A stretch of DNA of 64,000 nucleotides. Origin: an uncultured Rikenellaceae bacterium (GTDB taxonomy: Bacteria; Bacteroidota; Bacteroidia; Bacteroidales; VadinHA17). Below are positions 19,654-28,687 of this stretch, piece by piece. The stretch spans positions 596,015-660,014 of the forward strand of contig CAZWHC010000001.1 of NCBI GenBank assembly GCA_964633505.1, given 5' to 3'. The notes under the pieces were generated by a model, which saw only the letters and a list, made by a program, of their open reading frames with translations, searched no databases and had not been told where the DNA came from. Both the position numbers and the translations under genes were made by a program. Each line of letters opens with the position of its first letter. The first letter of the stretch is position 1.

Positions 19654-22029
19654 TCATATCTCTCCGTGTGAAGTTCTCTCAATTATCTCATTTTGAAGAT
19701 CATCGGCGAGTTCAGTGAAATATGCCGTATAACCGGCAACCCGTATTGTAAGTCCCCTGTAGGAATCCGGATCAGCCTTTGCCTTTAAAAGATCTTCAGC
19801 GTTCACAACGTTGAACTGGACATGATGTATTTTTAGATCAACAAAAGCCCTTAGCAGTGAACAGAAGTTTTCCCTGTCCTCTTCAGTTTTAAACAGTGAA
19901 GGAAGGAATTTCATGTTCAGCAGCGCTCCGTTTGCAGCAAGGTCGAAGGGAAGCTTTGATACTGAATTTAGTACGGCTGTGGGACCTTCCTTATCCCTCC
20001 CGTACATCGGAGAAACGCCTCCATCTGCAAGGGGAGTACCTGCAAGCCTTCCGTCGGGAGTCGCCGCAACATATTGTCCCATCGGAACATGTGCGGAAAC
20101 AGTATATAAACCGAGATTATACTTTCCACCCCTGTAATTTCTGAATCTGCCAAGCGATGTAGCAAAATACTTAAGCCAGAGGGTTCCTCTCCGATCTACT
20201 TCAGGGACATCGTTGCCATATTTGGGAACCTTGTTAAGGCATATCTGCCTCAGGATCCCGTATCCGCTGAAGTTGCCGCGAAGTGCTTCCAGCATCCTTT
20301 CCCTGTCAGTTACCTTCTTTTCATAGACCAGCTCATAAATTGACTGAAGGCTGTCGGCAACATTAGCCGCCTGTATGGCTTGTATGCCAGAGAAATTGTA
20401 AATGGCGCCGCCTGCTGTTACGTCAGTTCCCTTTTCAATGCAGTCATCGATAACTGAAGACAGAAAAGGGGAGGGGAGATGTGCCTGGTGCATCTTCTCG
20501 ACGATCTCGCACATTCTGACCATTCTTTGTACAAAATAATCTATCTGCCCGGAAAAGGCTTTTTCGAGATCTTCGAATTTCTCATAATCAGTAAGAAACC
20601 CTGTCTGAAGGCCCGTTGTCTCACCGGTCAGCATGTCGGTCCCGTTGTTGAGGGTTAGCTCAAGGACTTTCACAAGGTTGAACATTGCGGCGTCGCTCCA
20701 TCCAAGGAAATTTCCCTGGGTGCTCAGCTCGACACACCCCACGACCGCATAGTCGATGGCATGCTTGTGGCTTACACCCGATCTGACCAGAGCCGGAATA
20801 ATGCTTTCATCGTTTACAATCTGTGGCATGCCTGTACCCAGACTGATAATTCTTGTACACTCCTTCAGAAATCCGGCTGGTGATTTACGGTGAAGCCTTG
20901 CAGTCAGGTTGGGCTGGGGGAGCCTGATATGATCCTGGGCTTTTAAAAACAGGAAGGACAGTACATTTGTTGCATCATCACCTGCTTCGGTCTGGCCGCC
21001 AAGAGCAATATTGAATCCTGTTGGAAATCCGGCAAAATATCTGGCGCTGTGTGAATTGCGGAGATATACTATCTGGTTGAATTTGATGAACAATGCATCA
21101 ATAAGCTCAAGAGCCTGTTCATCATCAATCCTGCCTTCAGAAATATCGGATTCATAGTATCTGAGCAGATACTGGTCCATCCTTCCGGGAGAAAAAGATG
21201 AGGCATTCGATTCCATGTGAAGGATGACAAACAGGAACCATACCGATTGTACTGCTTCCCTGAACCCTGACGGCGGATTGGATGCTAAAGTCTCGCATAC
21301 AGCCGCAATTTCTTTAAGGTTTTGAACCGCATTCCTGTCTTTTGTTTTAAGTGACAATTCCATTGCAAGATCTGAATATCTGCGGATGAAATCACATGAG
21401 GCTTCAAGTGTAATTATTACACTTCTGTAGAAATCCTTCTTTTCCTCACTGGCTTCAATGAGTTTTTCTTGTGCGATCCTCAATAATCTTTCAGGTCCGT
21501 ATTCGAGCCAAAGGTCTACGTTTGGACAAATATGTCCCTGTGCATGATCCTTCTGGTTGATCTTTACAACTTTTTCGATTGCTTTCAGCTCATCGCCGGC
21601 TGCCGACCAGATTGCATCCTCGAGTGTAAGTCCTTTCCAGAAAGGCTCTATGTCTTTCCTGAAATGTACTATATCCTCCTCTCTTACAAAAAACGGATCC
21701 TGCGGACGGGAATCGAGAGTTTCGATCTCGTTTGTCAGCCATGAGATCCCTGCTTCGGGAAATACAACGCCTGCCCTTATACCGGGGGTCCTGTTACCAA
21801 CAATTATTTCCTCAGGATCAATTCTGACAGGCATCTCGCGAAGTGAAGCAGCAAGAGCCTTCGCCCTTTTAATGATCACAGGATCATCAGGGTTCTCCTT
21901 ATATACTCGCGTAATTATGAGCGCCTGTTCGACTGATAAAAATCTTTTCTCAGAGATAGTCTTCTCCCTCAGCGACTTTATCCTTGCAGTCATCTGGAGA
22001 TCCCTGATATCAGCATCGGTTTTCAGCAT
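19654..22029 (-). CDS. glycyl radical enzyme, PFL2/glycerol-dehydratase-like family
   Basis: 791 aa. C-terminal glycyl-radical motif 'TIRVAGYTAYF'. Catalytic Cys loop 'AVVGCVELS'. Confidence 0.9.
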   Translation of the reverse strand: MLKTDADIRDLQMTARIKSLREKTISEKRFLSVEQALIITRVYKENPDDPVIIKRAKALAASLREMPVRIDPEEIIVGNRTPGIRAGVVFPEAGISWLTNEIETLDSRPQDPFFVREEDIVHFRKDIEPFWKGLTLEDAIWSAAGDELKAIEKVVKINQKDHAQGHICPNVDLWLEYGPERLLRIAQEKLIEASEEKKDFYRSVIITLEASCDFIRRYSDLAMELSLKTKDRNAVQNLKEIAAVCETLASNPPSGFREAVQSVWFLFVILHMESNASSFSPGRMDQYLLRYYESDISEGRIDDEQALELIDALFIKFNQIVYLRNSHSARYFAGFPTGFNIALGGQTEAGDDATNVLSFLFLKAQDHIRLPQPNLTARLHRKSPAGFLKECTRIISLGTGMPQIVNDESIIPALVRSGVSHKHAIDYAVVGCVELSTQGNFLGWSDAAMFNLVKVLELTLNNGTDMLTGETTGLQTGFLTDYEKFEDLEKAFSGQIDYFVQRMVRMCEIVEKMHQAHLPSPFLSSVIDDCIEKGTDVTAGGAIYNFSGIQAIQAANVADSLQSIYELVYEKKVTDRERMLEALRGNFSGYGILRQICLNKVPKYGNDVPEVDRRGTLWLKYFATSLGRFRNYRGGKYNLGLYTVSAHVPMGQYVAATPDGRLAGTPLADGGVSPMYGRDKEGPTAVLNSVSKLPFDLAANGALLNMKFLPSLFKTEEDRENFCSLLRAFVDLKIHHVQFNVVNAEDLLKAKADPDSYRGLTIRVAGYTAYFTELADDLQNEIIERTSHGEI

Positions 22030-22119
22030 CCGGATAGTGTTATTTGGATTTTCCTGCGAATAAGTGTAGTCCGGTAAATAGAAATTCAGGATTTAAAAAT
22101 AGTAAAAATCCCGGGGAAA

Positions 22120-22650
22120 AATATGCGGTTACAGGTTGGAGGTTGCTGGTTGCTCCACCCTGCAGGCTGGCTCCTTCGCTAAAATGATCCACCGGATCAT
22201 TTCTTAACGCTTGGCCCGGTTGCTGGGTGTTGGTTATTTAGGTTCAAAGTTAAAAGTTCAAGGTTCAATGTTCAAAGTTCAAAGTTCACACTCCAACACC
22301 TGACACCCCTCACTCCTCATTCCTGACACCTGACTCCTGACTCCTGACTCCTCTTCTTCCTCACTACTCACTTCTCACTACTCATTCCTGTATGATAACC
22401 CACCCCCAACCCCTCCCGGGAGGGGATCTCCTGTACTAGTCACCACTCACTACTCACATCTTTTTTTCGCCACGGATGCACGAATTAAAGACGGATCTCC
22501 CCATCACCCCATCTCCACCTCACTACTCATTATCATTCCTGTATGATAACCCACCCCCAACCCCTCCCGGGAGGGGATCTCCTGTACTAGTCACCACTCA
22601 CTACTCACTACTCACTACTCAAATCTGCCCCAAGCCTGCGGCTTACGAAG
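22120..22650. repeat. mosaic word-repeat region
   Basis: Consecutive blocks of GGTTGCTGG, GTTCAAAG, CCTGACAC/CTGACTC and CTCACTACT words. A 74-bp direct repeat occurs at 22383-22456 and 22534-22607. The blocks recur at 33.0-33.4 kb and 50.1-50.7 kb. Confidence 0.85.
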
Positions 22651-22656
22651 CCTGCC

Positions 22657-23871
22657 TTATTTAAGCCTTACTACCATGAGCACCGGATTATCTGTCTCCT
22701 GAAGTCCCTCCGCCATCGTCTTAAACGATTGTTTTCTTTCCGGGGAATTTGCAGTTTTCTCATCAAACTCTTCATCTTTGATGATTTCCCTGAGTTCGAG
22801 CGGAGTGATCGGCATAAATATTTCATTGTCATTAACGGCTTTGACGGGCCAGAAATCCATGCCACCGTCCCAATCGTTAATAAACTTCGCCGGTTCGCCG
22901 GATTTATCTGTAAGAAAATTTCCGGTAAGAGTTGCTTTATCAAATAGTATATTCCTGTCGCCTTCACCTTTATAGTTCTGAGTTTTAATAAATATTGTCT
23001 TTCCAGCTTGCAGCACACTGGAAAAGAAATATTTGCCATTCTCACTCCGGAATCTCACAGCCGACTGGGGAGGTTCAGGCCTGAGTTCATCAGGCAGACG
23101 GAAAGCTCCAAGGTCAACAAAATAAACGGGTTTGATTTTATTGTCTGAAACAGTATAAACAGTATCATTATACATGCTCTTAAAGAAAGTCTGATTATTG
23201 TACTTATAAAAAGGGTGGAAGGCATGATAACCAATCATGCCGGTAATTCCCGTGGTATTAACCCATTTATAGTGATTTTTAACTGTGTTGACTGTATCTC
23301 CTTTTTCATTGGAGAGTAAATATAAATACTCCTCATTGCCTATTGCGCAGGCATAATAGGAAAGAAACTGGTCTTTATTCAAAACATGGATCCTGAAAAC
23401 GTCGGGAGGCCGCGGTACAGATTTAATGAATGTCCCGTCGAATGAAAAATACATAAGCTTACGGCTCCAGTTAGTCTGGATGATAATAAGCTTTTCATTT
23501 TCAAGGATTGAAATATAGGTGATCAGGTCTATTTCACCGGGACCTCTCCCCGGAGTCCCGATCTGGCGAACGAATTTCCCCGAATAATCAAATACAAGCA
23601 GCTGGTCGTAGTTCGCAACAAATATCAGGCTGTCGGAGAAATAATATTCGGGTCTTCCGGAAATCAGGTATTTGTCGCCGGTTTCCAACTGTATGTATTT
23701 TACCTCTGAAGCGATATCGCTCAGAAAGACTGTAGCTTTGTTTTTCAGCTCATTCTCATAATTGATCTCAAAGAATTTTTTCCCATCATTCTCCTCTTTT
23801 GATTTCGTTTTGTTATCACTGTTACAATGTGTTAACAGCAGTAATGAAACAAACAGTGCTATATTTCTCAT
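22657..23871 (-). CDS. lipoprotein, 6-bladed beta-propeller family (paralog 1 of 11)
   Basis: Lipobox 'LLTHC'. Family motifs 'VKYIQLET', 'GRGPGE' and the tail 'ETDNPVLMVVRLK'. It resembles the Bacteroidales '6-bladed beta-propeller / BF3164-type lipoprotein' group (from memory). Confidence 0.7.
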   Translation of the reverse strand: MRNIALFVSLLLLTHCNSDNKTKSKEENDGKKFFEINYENELKNKATVFLSDIASEVKYIQLETGDKYLISGRPEYYFSDSLIFVANYDQLLVFDYSGKFVRQIGTPGRGPGEIDLITYISILENEKLIIIQTNWSRKLMYFSFDGTFIKSVPRPPDVFRIHVLNKDQFLSYYACAIGNEEYLYLLSNEKGDTVNTVKNHYKWVNTTGITGMIGYHAFHPFYKYNNQTFFKSMYNDTVYTVSDNKIKPVYFVDLGAFRLPDELRPEPPQSAVRFRSENGKYFFSSVLQAGKTIFIKTQNYKGEGDRNILFDKATLTGNFLTDKSGEPAKFINDWDGGMDFWPVKAVNDNEIFMPITPLELREIIKDEEFDEKTANSPERKQSFKTMAEGLQETDNPVLMVVRLK

Positions 23872-23934
23872 TTACAGGTCAGGTTAATTATCAAATGGTG
23901 TCATTTTAATAGTTACAAGGACTTATTTCTTTTG

Positions 23935-24058
23935 TTGCAGGTTGCTGGTTGCTGGGTGCTGGGTGCTGAGAGAACTCATGTCTCACGTCCCACATCTTTT
24001 TTGCCAACTGCCAACTGCCAACTTTCCTCTTCTTCTTCCTCACTACTCACTACTCATT
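23935..24058. repeat. mosaic word repeats
   Basis: GGTTGCTGG, TGCCAACTGCCAAC and CTCACTACTCA words. The inverted counterpart lies at 33215-33240. Confidence 0.75.
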
Positions 24059-25234
24059 TCATTCTCTCAGAGTAACAGCAATCAGCAAATGATTATCATC
24101 TTCCTTTATCGTGGATCCGAGTGCTTCAAGCTCTTTCTTGCGGTCGGGGTTCAGCACCTCAGCTTTTCTGAAATCATCGCCTGAAACATGTGCTTTAAAC
24201 TTCATTGCATCGGTCCAGCCATAGATGATCCCGTTGCATACGAATTTTGGCTCAAAATTTATCCCTCCTGAAATATCATCCTTTAAAAGTTCCTTTCCGT
24301 CAAAATAGCTGATCTGGCCAGTTGTTTTATTAACTATTATCCATTTGGTAATATCCTGGTAATAATACCTTAACATAAGGTATTTTTCATTTTCAAGGAT
24401 TTCGGAAATCGACAGGAAATCGGCGGCAGGGCTTCTACCTGATCCCATAGCGGGAGCCGGTACATTCGCAAGGAAATCCGTTGTAATGCTTTTTCCGTGG
24501 GTATTCAATATCATGAATGGAATAAATTCAAACTCCCTGTTTATAGTATAGATAGTATCATTCAGAAATCCCTTGATCCTTATAGTTTCGTTATGTTTAT
24601 TGATTACATTGTCTACATTAAATCCCATTACCACTCTCGAAATCCTTTTAAATTTATAAAAATTTGGCCTTATAAAGAGAGTATCACCATCCGTATTTAT
24701 CCCGACGCACTGATATTTATTCTCACCTGTTGATGCTGTAAATGAAAGCAAAATATTATCCTGCCCCGGAAGGAAGTCGACATAACCTGGCTGCATTTTC
24801 AGATCAAGTTGCTTTTGCAGCTTAAAGCCGGTATCGGTTTCATTGTAGAAGAACAATTTGCCTCTTGTAAGCACGGCCACAAGGTTCTTTTCGGGCCTTA
24901 TGTCATAATCCGACAGGTATGTATATTCTCCAGGGCCTCTGCCCTGTTGTTCAAGCTTATAAAGAAATTTGCCTTTTTTATCGAAACAGAGGAGCTCGAG
25001 CACTGTGTTTATGTAATATTTATCATTGCCTTCTTTAAGATATCCTACAAATTTCATAAAGGCATCAGGATGCGATTCGAGAGGGATATACCGGATGTCG
25101 GTAGCAATTTCCGACAGGTTCTTAATTTCAATACCGCCGGGGGAGAGGACATCGATGGTCCTGACAGCCTGGTCGTCTTTACTTTTACAGCTGAACAAAA
25201 TCAGTGCAAGGATAAAAATAATAAGGTTTCTCAT
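24059..25234 (-). CDS. lipoprotein, 6-bladed beta-propeller family (paralog 2)
   Basis: Lipobox 'ILFSC'. Motifs 'IRYIPLES' and 'GRGPGEY'. Diverged tail 'EDDNHLLIAVTLRE'. Confidence 0.7.
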   Translation of the reverse strand: MRNLIIFILALILFSCKSKDDQAVRTIDVLSPGGIEIKNLSEIATDIRYIPLESHPDAFMKFVGYLKEGNDKYYINTVLELLCFDKKGKFLYKLEQQGRGPGEYTYLSDYDIRPEKNLVAVLTRGKLFFYNETDTGFKLQKQLDLKMQPGYVDFLPGQDNILLSFTASTGENKYQCVGINTDGDTLFIRPNFYKFKRISRVVMGFNVDNVINKHNETIRIKGFLNDTIYTINREFEFIPFMILNTHGKSITTDFLANVPAPAMGSGRSPAADFLSISEILENEKYLMLRYYYQDITKWIIVNKTTGQISYFDGKELLKDDISGGINFEPKFVCNGIIYGWTDAMKFKAHVSGDDFRKAEVLNPDRKKELEALGSTIKEDDNHLLIAVTLRE

Positions 25235-25354
25235 GGCTTTATTATTGTATAACAGGTTTATATTCCCACTAATTTACACCTAATATAATAGTCGCACAAC
25301 TAATTTTGTAATAATGTGAAAAAGAATTTTGCCATGAATGCCACGAATAAGGAA

Positions 25355-25560
25355 AATTGTCTTGCAAGTCATGCAAGTCGTTCAAGTCATGCAAGTCGTG
25401 CAAGTCAGGCAAGTCGTGCAAGTCTGGAACTGGTTTTATGGACCTTCAAGACCTGCATGACCTGCAAGACCTGCATGACCTGCAAGACTTTCTTCCCCTG
25501 CTCTCATCCCTTCGCTCTTCGCCCTTCGCCCTTCGCCCTGCGCCCTGCGCCCTGCGCCTT
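25355..25560. repeat. mosaic word repeats (CATGCAAGTCG x~8; GACCTGCA x5; CCCTTCGC x4; CCTGCGC x4)
   Basis: Read directly from the sequence. It overlaps the last ~41 codons of the RND ORF 25436..28582. Confidence 0.85.
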
Positions 25561-28500
25561 TATAAATATACCAGTACGCCAGCGGTATAAAGAACAGACT
25601 CACGATTGTACCCAGCGACATTCCTCCTATCAGCGCCAGCGCCATCGGACGCTGAAGCTCCGAACCCATGCCTTCGCTGAACAGTATCGGCGCCGTCGAG
25701 AACAATGAGGCCATCGCCACCATAATGATTGGCTTCAGCCTCCTGGAGCCCCCTGTATAGATAGCTTCCTTAAGCCCCAGGCCTTCGGCCCGGAGGTTGT
25801 TGATAGTATCGACCTTAAGTATTGAGTCGTTGATTATAACCCCCGACATTACTATCAGCCCGATCATGGTTATAATGTTGATGGTCCCGCCCCAGATCAG
25901 GACAAGCAGAAGCGCGCCGGCAATATCTATGGGGATCTCGAGCAATACTATAAGGGGCTGGGTAAGCGATTCAAACTGGGCAGCAAGGATGAAATAGAGC
26001 AGGAGCAGGGCTACTGCAAGTATTACAGCGAGTTCCCTGAACAGCTTCTGACCTGTAATAAGCGATCCGCTGAAGCTTACATTAAGATCCCGGTCAGGCG
26101 GAACCAACTTCCTTATCTCTCCGGTAAGCTCCGACGGCCTGTTTGTGTTGATATTGAGGTAAACTGGAACAAACTCGCCGTTCATACCTCCCCTGATAGT
26201 CTTGTAATCATGTATCCTCTGTACATTTATAAGCTCCTTTACAGGTATCATCCGGCCGTTTTTGCTTATTACAGTTTCTGTCGAAATAATATCGCCAACC
26301 TGTTTTTCCATATCCGAAAGGACTATCGGGAGGATCTCATACGACGCCCTGAGTTCGCCTATGTTATACCTGTTGAGTGATGCTTTGAGCGTATTGTAAA
26401 GAGTGGCCGGCTCTACATCATACAGCAACAGCCTGTCGGGATCGATCTTCAGAAGTATCTTGTCTTCAAGGGGAGGATTCGATATGCCGGCTCCGGGCCA
26501 CTGTTCCTTCATCCTGGAGACTATTCCGGTCATGACATCAACAGGAGGCACTTCTTTTTCCTTCATCAGGCTTACTTCAGCCACGAGAGGAGGTTCAGAA
26601 GCCGAGAAAATCTTTTCGAATATATTCTCCTGGGCGGCAATGTTTACAGTTGCTCCGGGCCATCTCCGGCCTGTCAGGTCAAGTAATTCCCTGCCAAGCT
26701 CTTCCTGTGCCCTGTAGTCCTTTGCTTTTATATATACCTTTGCCTGGGTGTACGACTGGTCATAGTCGCGGTTAAAGAGGAACTGCTGTTCCCCAATGAA
26801 TGAGTTGGTCTGTAATATCAATTTACCCATCGACGCGGTCATCATTTTTATCCTTTCCAGGTTTTCCTGAAGCTCTATATTCTCGTTCCAGTCGACTGAT
26901 ACCACGAGTTCATCCTGTTTTATTGCCGGAAACCTCTCCTTTTCAAGGGTGAAGAAAAGGAAGATCATCAGAAGGATTATCAGGCCAAATGTTATCATAA
27001 CAGCCTTCCTGTACCTGAAAAAGAAATTCATGCCTCCTTCGTATTTCTCTTCCAGGCGTTTCAGGCTGATCTTCCTTACAAAACGTGTCAGTATTCCCTC
27101 TTTCCCATTTTTATACAGAAGGTAATATATTGTGGGAAGCAGTGTTATTCCTACCAGCAGCGAGACTCCCTGGCCAATTACAATTGCAATAGCCTGGTCA
27201 TAAAACAACGCTCCCGAAATGCCGCTGAGAAAAATAAGAGGGATAAACACTGCACATGTGACAAGGACCGATGAGATCAGAGGAGTTATAATTTCGTTTG
27301 TGCCTTTAACACATGCCTCCGGAAGTGTCAGTCCCCTGTCGATCCATTGCGTTATGTTCTCAATTACAACAATTGAATTGTCGATCATCATCCCGATGCC
27401 AAGTATAAGACCGGCGAGGGAGATTATATTTATCGACAATCCGGTGAGATAAAAGAACAGCAGGCTTATGACAAGCGTTGCCGGTATGCTGAATCCGATA
27501 ATAAGCGGAGATTTCCCGTCCTTCAGGAAAAAGAACATAAGCAGGAAAGCCAGCAGTCCTCCTGCAAGCAGACTCTGCCACAGGTTCGATATCGAATAAT
27601 CGAGCAGTCTAGTCTGGTCCTGCGATATCTCAAATTCCATCTGGGGATAATCCTTCCTGAAAACATCGAGAAGCTCTGTCATCTTCGTCTCCAGCGAGGC
27701 CATCCTTGCCGTTGATTCCTTTATTATAGCAAGAGCTATGGCTCTTTTACCATTTGAATAATAAACACCCCGCGGCTGTTCCTGTCTGATCCCCACCTCG
27801 GCAATATCTTTCATCTGAATTATCCGGCTCCCTGTCCTGATATAAATATCCCTCACATCATTCAGGTCCTTCAGATATGAGCTGAACTCGAGATTATAAA
27901 GGTATTTGCCGTCTTTTACCAGGATGCTGCCGATATTTATATTGTTGATCTTTACTGCGCCGGTAATGTCATCATCGGTTAGACCGAGGCTGTTCATCTT
28001 TTGCCTGTCGGGACTTATAAATATCTCCCTTTTTATCTGTCCGGTTATGTCAGCCATCCCAACCTCGGGAAGCTGTTCTATCCTTTTCTTGATGACTGTC
28101 TCGGCAAATTCGCTCAGTTCGATGAATTTCTCATCGCCGGCCATGGTGTCGGCCAGCGTGATGTTAAGCATGAACACCGGTATATCCGTGGCACTTGCCT
28201 TTATTATCCTTGGTCTTTCAAGGTCGTTGGGGAGGTAGTTCATCGCTCCGTCGACTTTTTCGTTTACCTCCATGAATGCAAGGTTGATGTCGTTCCCGAA
28301 TTTGAACGAAAGTCTTATGAGTGCGCTTCCGTTGCGTGATTCCGATTCAATGCGGTCAATGCCCTGTACCTGCAGGAGGTTTCTGCGGAGTATCGATACC
28401 ACGCTGTTCTCAAGCTCCCTGGCGCTTACATCAGGCCGCGAAACAGCAACTGTTATCTCCGGAATATCTATGTCGGGCATCAGCGATACCGGCAACCGGT

Positions 28501-28582
28501 TCGAGGCCACTATTCCCAGCATCAGCAATGCCAGAAAGGTCATTATGACTGCTACGGGCCTTGTTATAAGAAATTTTACCAC
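25436..28582 (-). CDS. RND efflux transporter permease (AcrB/MdtC-like)
   Basis: 1048 aa with 12-TM RND topology. N-terminus 'FLITRPVAVIM'. The apparent GTG start lies inside a TTACCAC word. The C-terminal ~41 aa are encoded by word repeats. Confidence 0.85.
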   Translation of the reverse strand: MVKFLITRPVAVIMTFLALLMLGIVASNRLPVSLMPDIDIPEITVAVSRPDVSARELENSVVSILRRNLLQVQGIDRIESESRNGSALIRLSFKFGNDINLAFMEVNEKVDGAMNYLPNDLERPRIIKASATDIPVFMLNITLADTMAGDEKFIELSEFAETVIKKRIEQLPEVGMADITGQIKREIFISPDRQKMNSLGLTDDDITGAVKINNINIGSILVKDGKYLYNLEFSSYLKDLNDVRDIYIRTGSRIIQMKDIAEVGIRQEQPRGVYYSNGKRAIALAIIKESTARMASLETKMTELLDVFRKDYPQMEFEISQDQTRLLDYSISNLWQSLLAGGLLAFLLMFFFLKDGKSPLIIGFSIPATLVISLLFFYLTGLSINIISLAGLILGIGMMIDNSIVVIENITQWIDRGLTLPEACVKGTNEIITPLISSVLVTCAVFIPLIFLSGISGALFYDQAIAIVIGQGVSLLVGITLLPTIYYLLYKNGKEGILTRFVRKISLKRLEEKYEGGMNFFFRYRKAVMITFGLIILLMIFLFFTLEKERFPAIKQDELVVSVDWNENIELQENLERIKMMTASMGKLILQTNSFIGEQQFLFNRDYDQSYTQAKVYIKAKDYRAQEELGRELLDLTGRRWPGATVNIAAQENIFEKIFSASEPPLVAEVSLMKEKEVPPVDVMTGIVSRMKEQWPGAGISNPPLEDKILLKIDPDRLLLYDVEPATLYNTLKASLNRYNIGELRASYEILPIVLSDMEKQVGDIISTETVISKNGRMIPVKELINVQRIHDYKTIRGGMNGEFVPVYLNINTNRPSELTGEIRKLVPPDRDLNVSFSGSLITGQKLFRELAVILAVALLLLYFILAAQFESLTQPLIVLLEIPIDIAGALLLVLIWGGTINIITMIGLIVMSGVIINDSILKVDTINNLRAEGLGLKEAIYTGGSRRLKPIIMVAMASLFSTAPILFSEGMGSELQRPMALALIGGMSLGTIVSLFFIPLAYWYIYKGAGRRAQGEGRRAKSEGMRAGEESLAGHAGLAGHAGLEGP

Positions 28583-28602
28583 TTTCTATTTTTTTAATTT
28601 TT

Positions 28603-28687
28603 AACCACGGAGTCACACGGAGTAAGTACGGAGTTTCACGGAGTTAAAACAGTGGAACTCCGTTTTTACTCCGTGTAACTCCGTGGT
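28603..28687. repeat. 85-bp near-perfect palindrome of CACGGAG words
   Basis: 'aaccacggagtcacacggagtaagtacggagtttcacggag..ctccgtttttactccgtgtaactccgtggtt'. It spans the junction of the two RND permease genes. Confidence 0.85.

Noticed and set aside
21557-22063. Long antisense ORFs inside large genes, for example 21557..22063 opposite the GRE, 31896..32366 opposite the RND adaptor, 15753..16298 opposite nupC and 6720..7172 opposite rlmB
   Set aside because: Each is fully embedded in a gene with clear family motifs on the other strand. They have Ser/Leu/Arg-biased low-information sequence typical of shadow ORFs.
22476-22664. Recurring small ORFs beginning 'MHELKTDLP...' (also 33067..33345 and 50251..50523), which looked like a conserved small-protein family
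   Set aside because: The conservation is that of a dispersed DNA repeat block present in both orientations. Downstream sequence is word-repeat translation that differs in each copy. There is no consistent length or stop.
25316-25708. 130-aa and 77-aa plus-strand ORFs with serine/alanine repeats ('SHASRSSHASRASQASRAS', 'CKSCKSFKSCKSCKSGKSCKS')
   Set aside because: They are translations of the CATGCAAGTCG/GACCTGCA word repeats and overlap the 3' end of the RND gene on the other strand. They are low-complexity with no independent coding signal.
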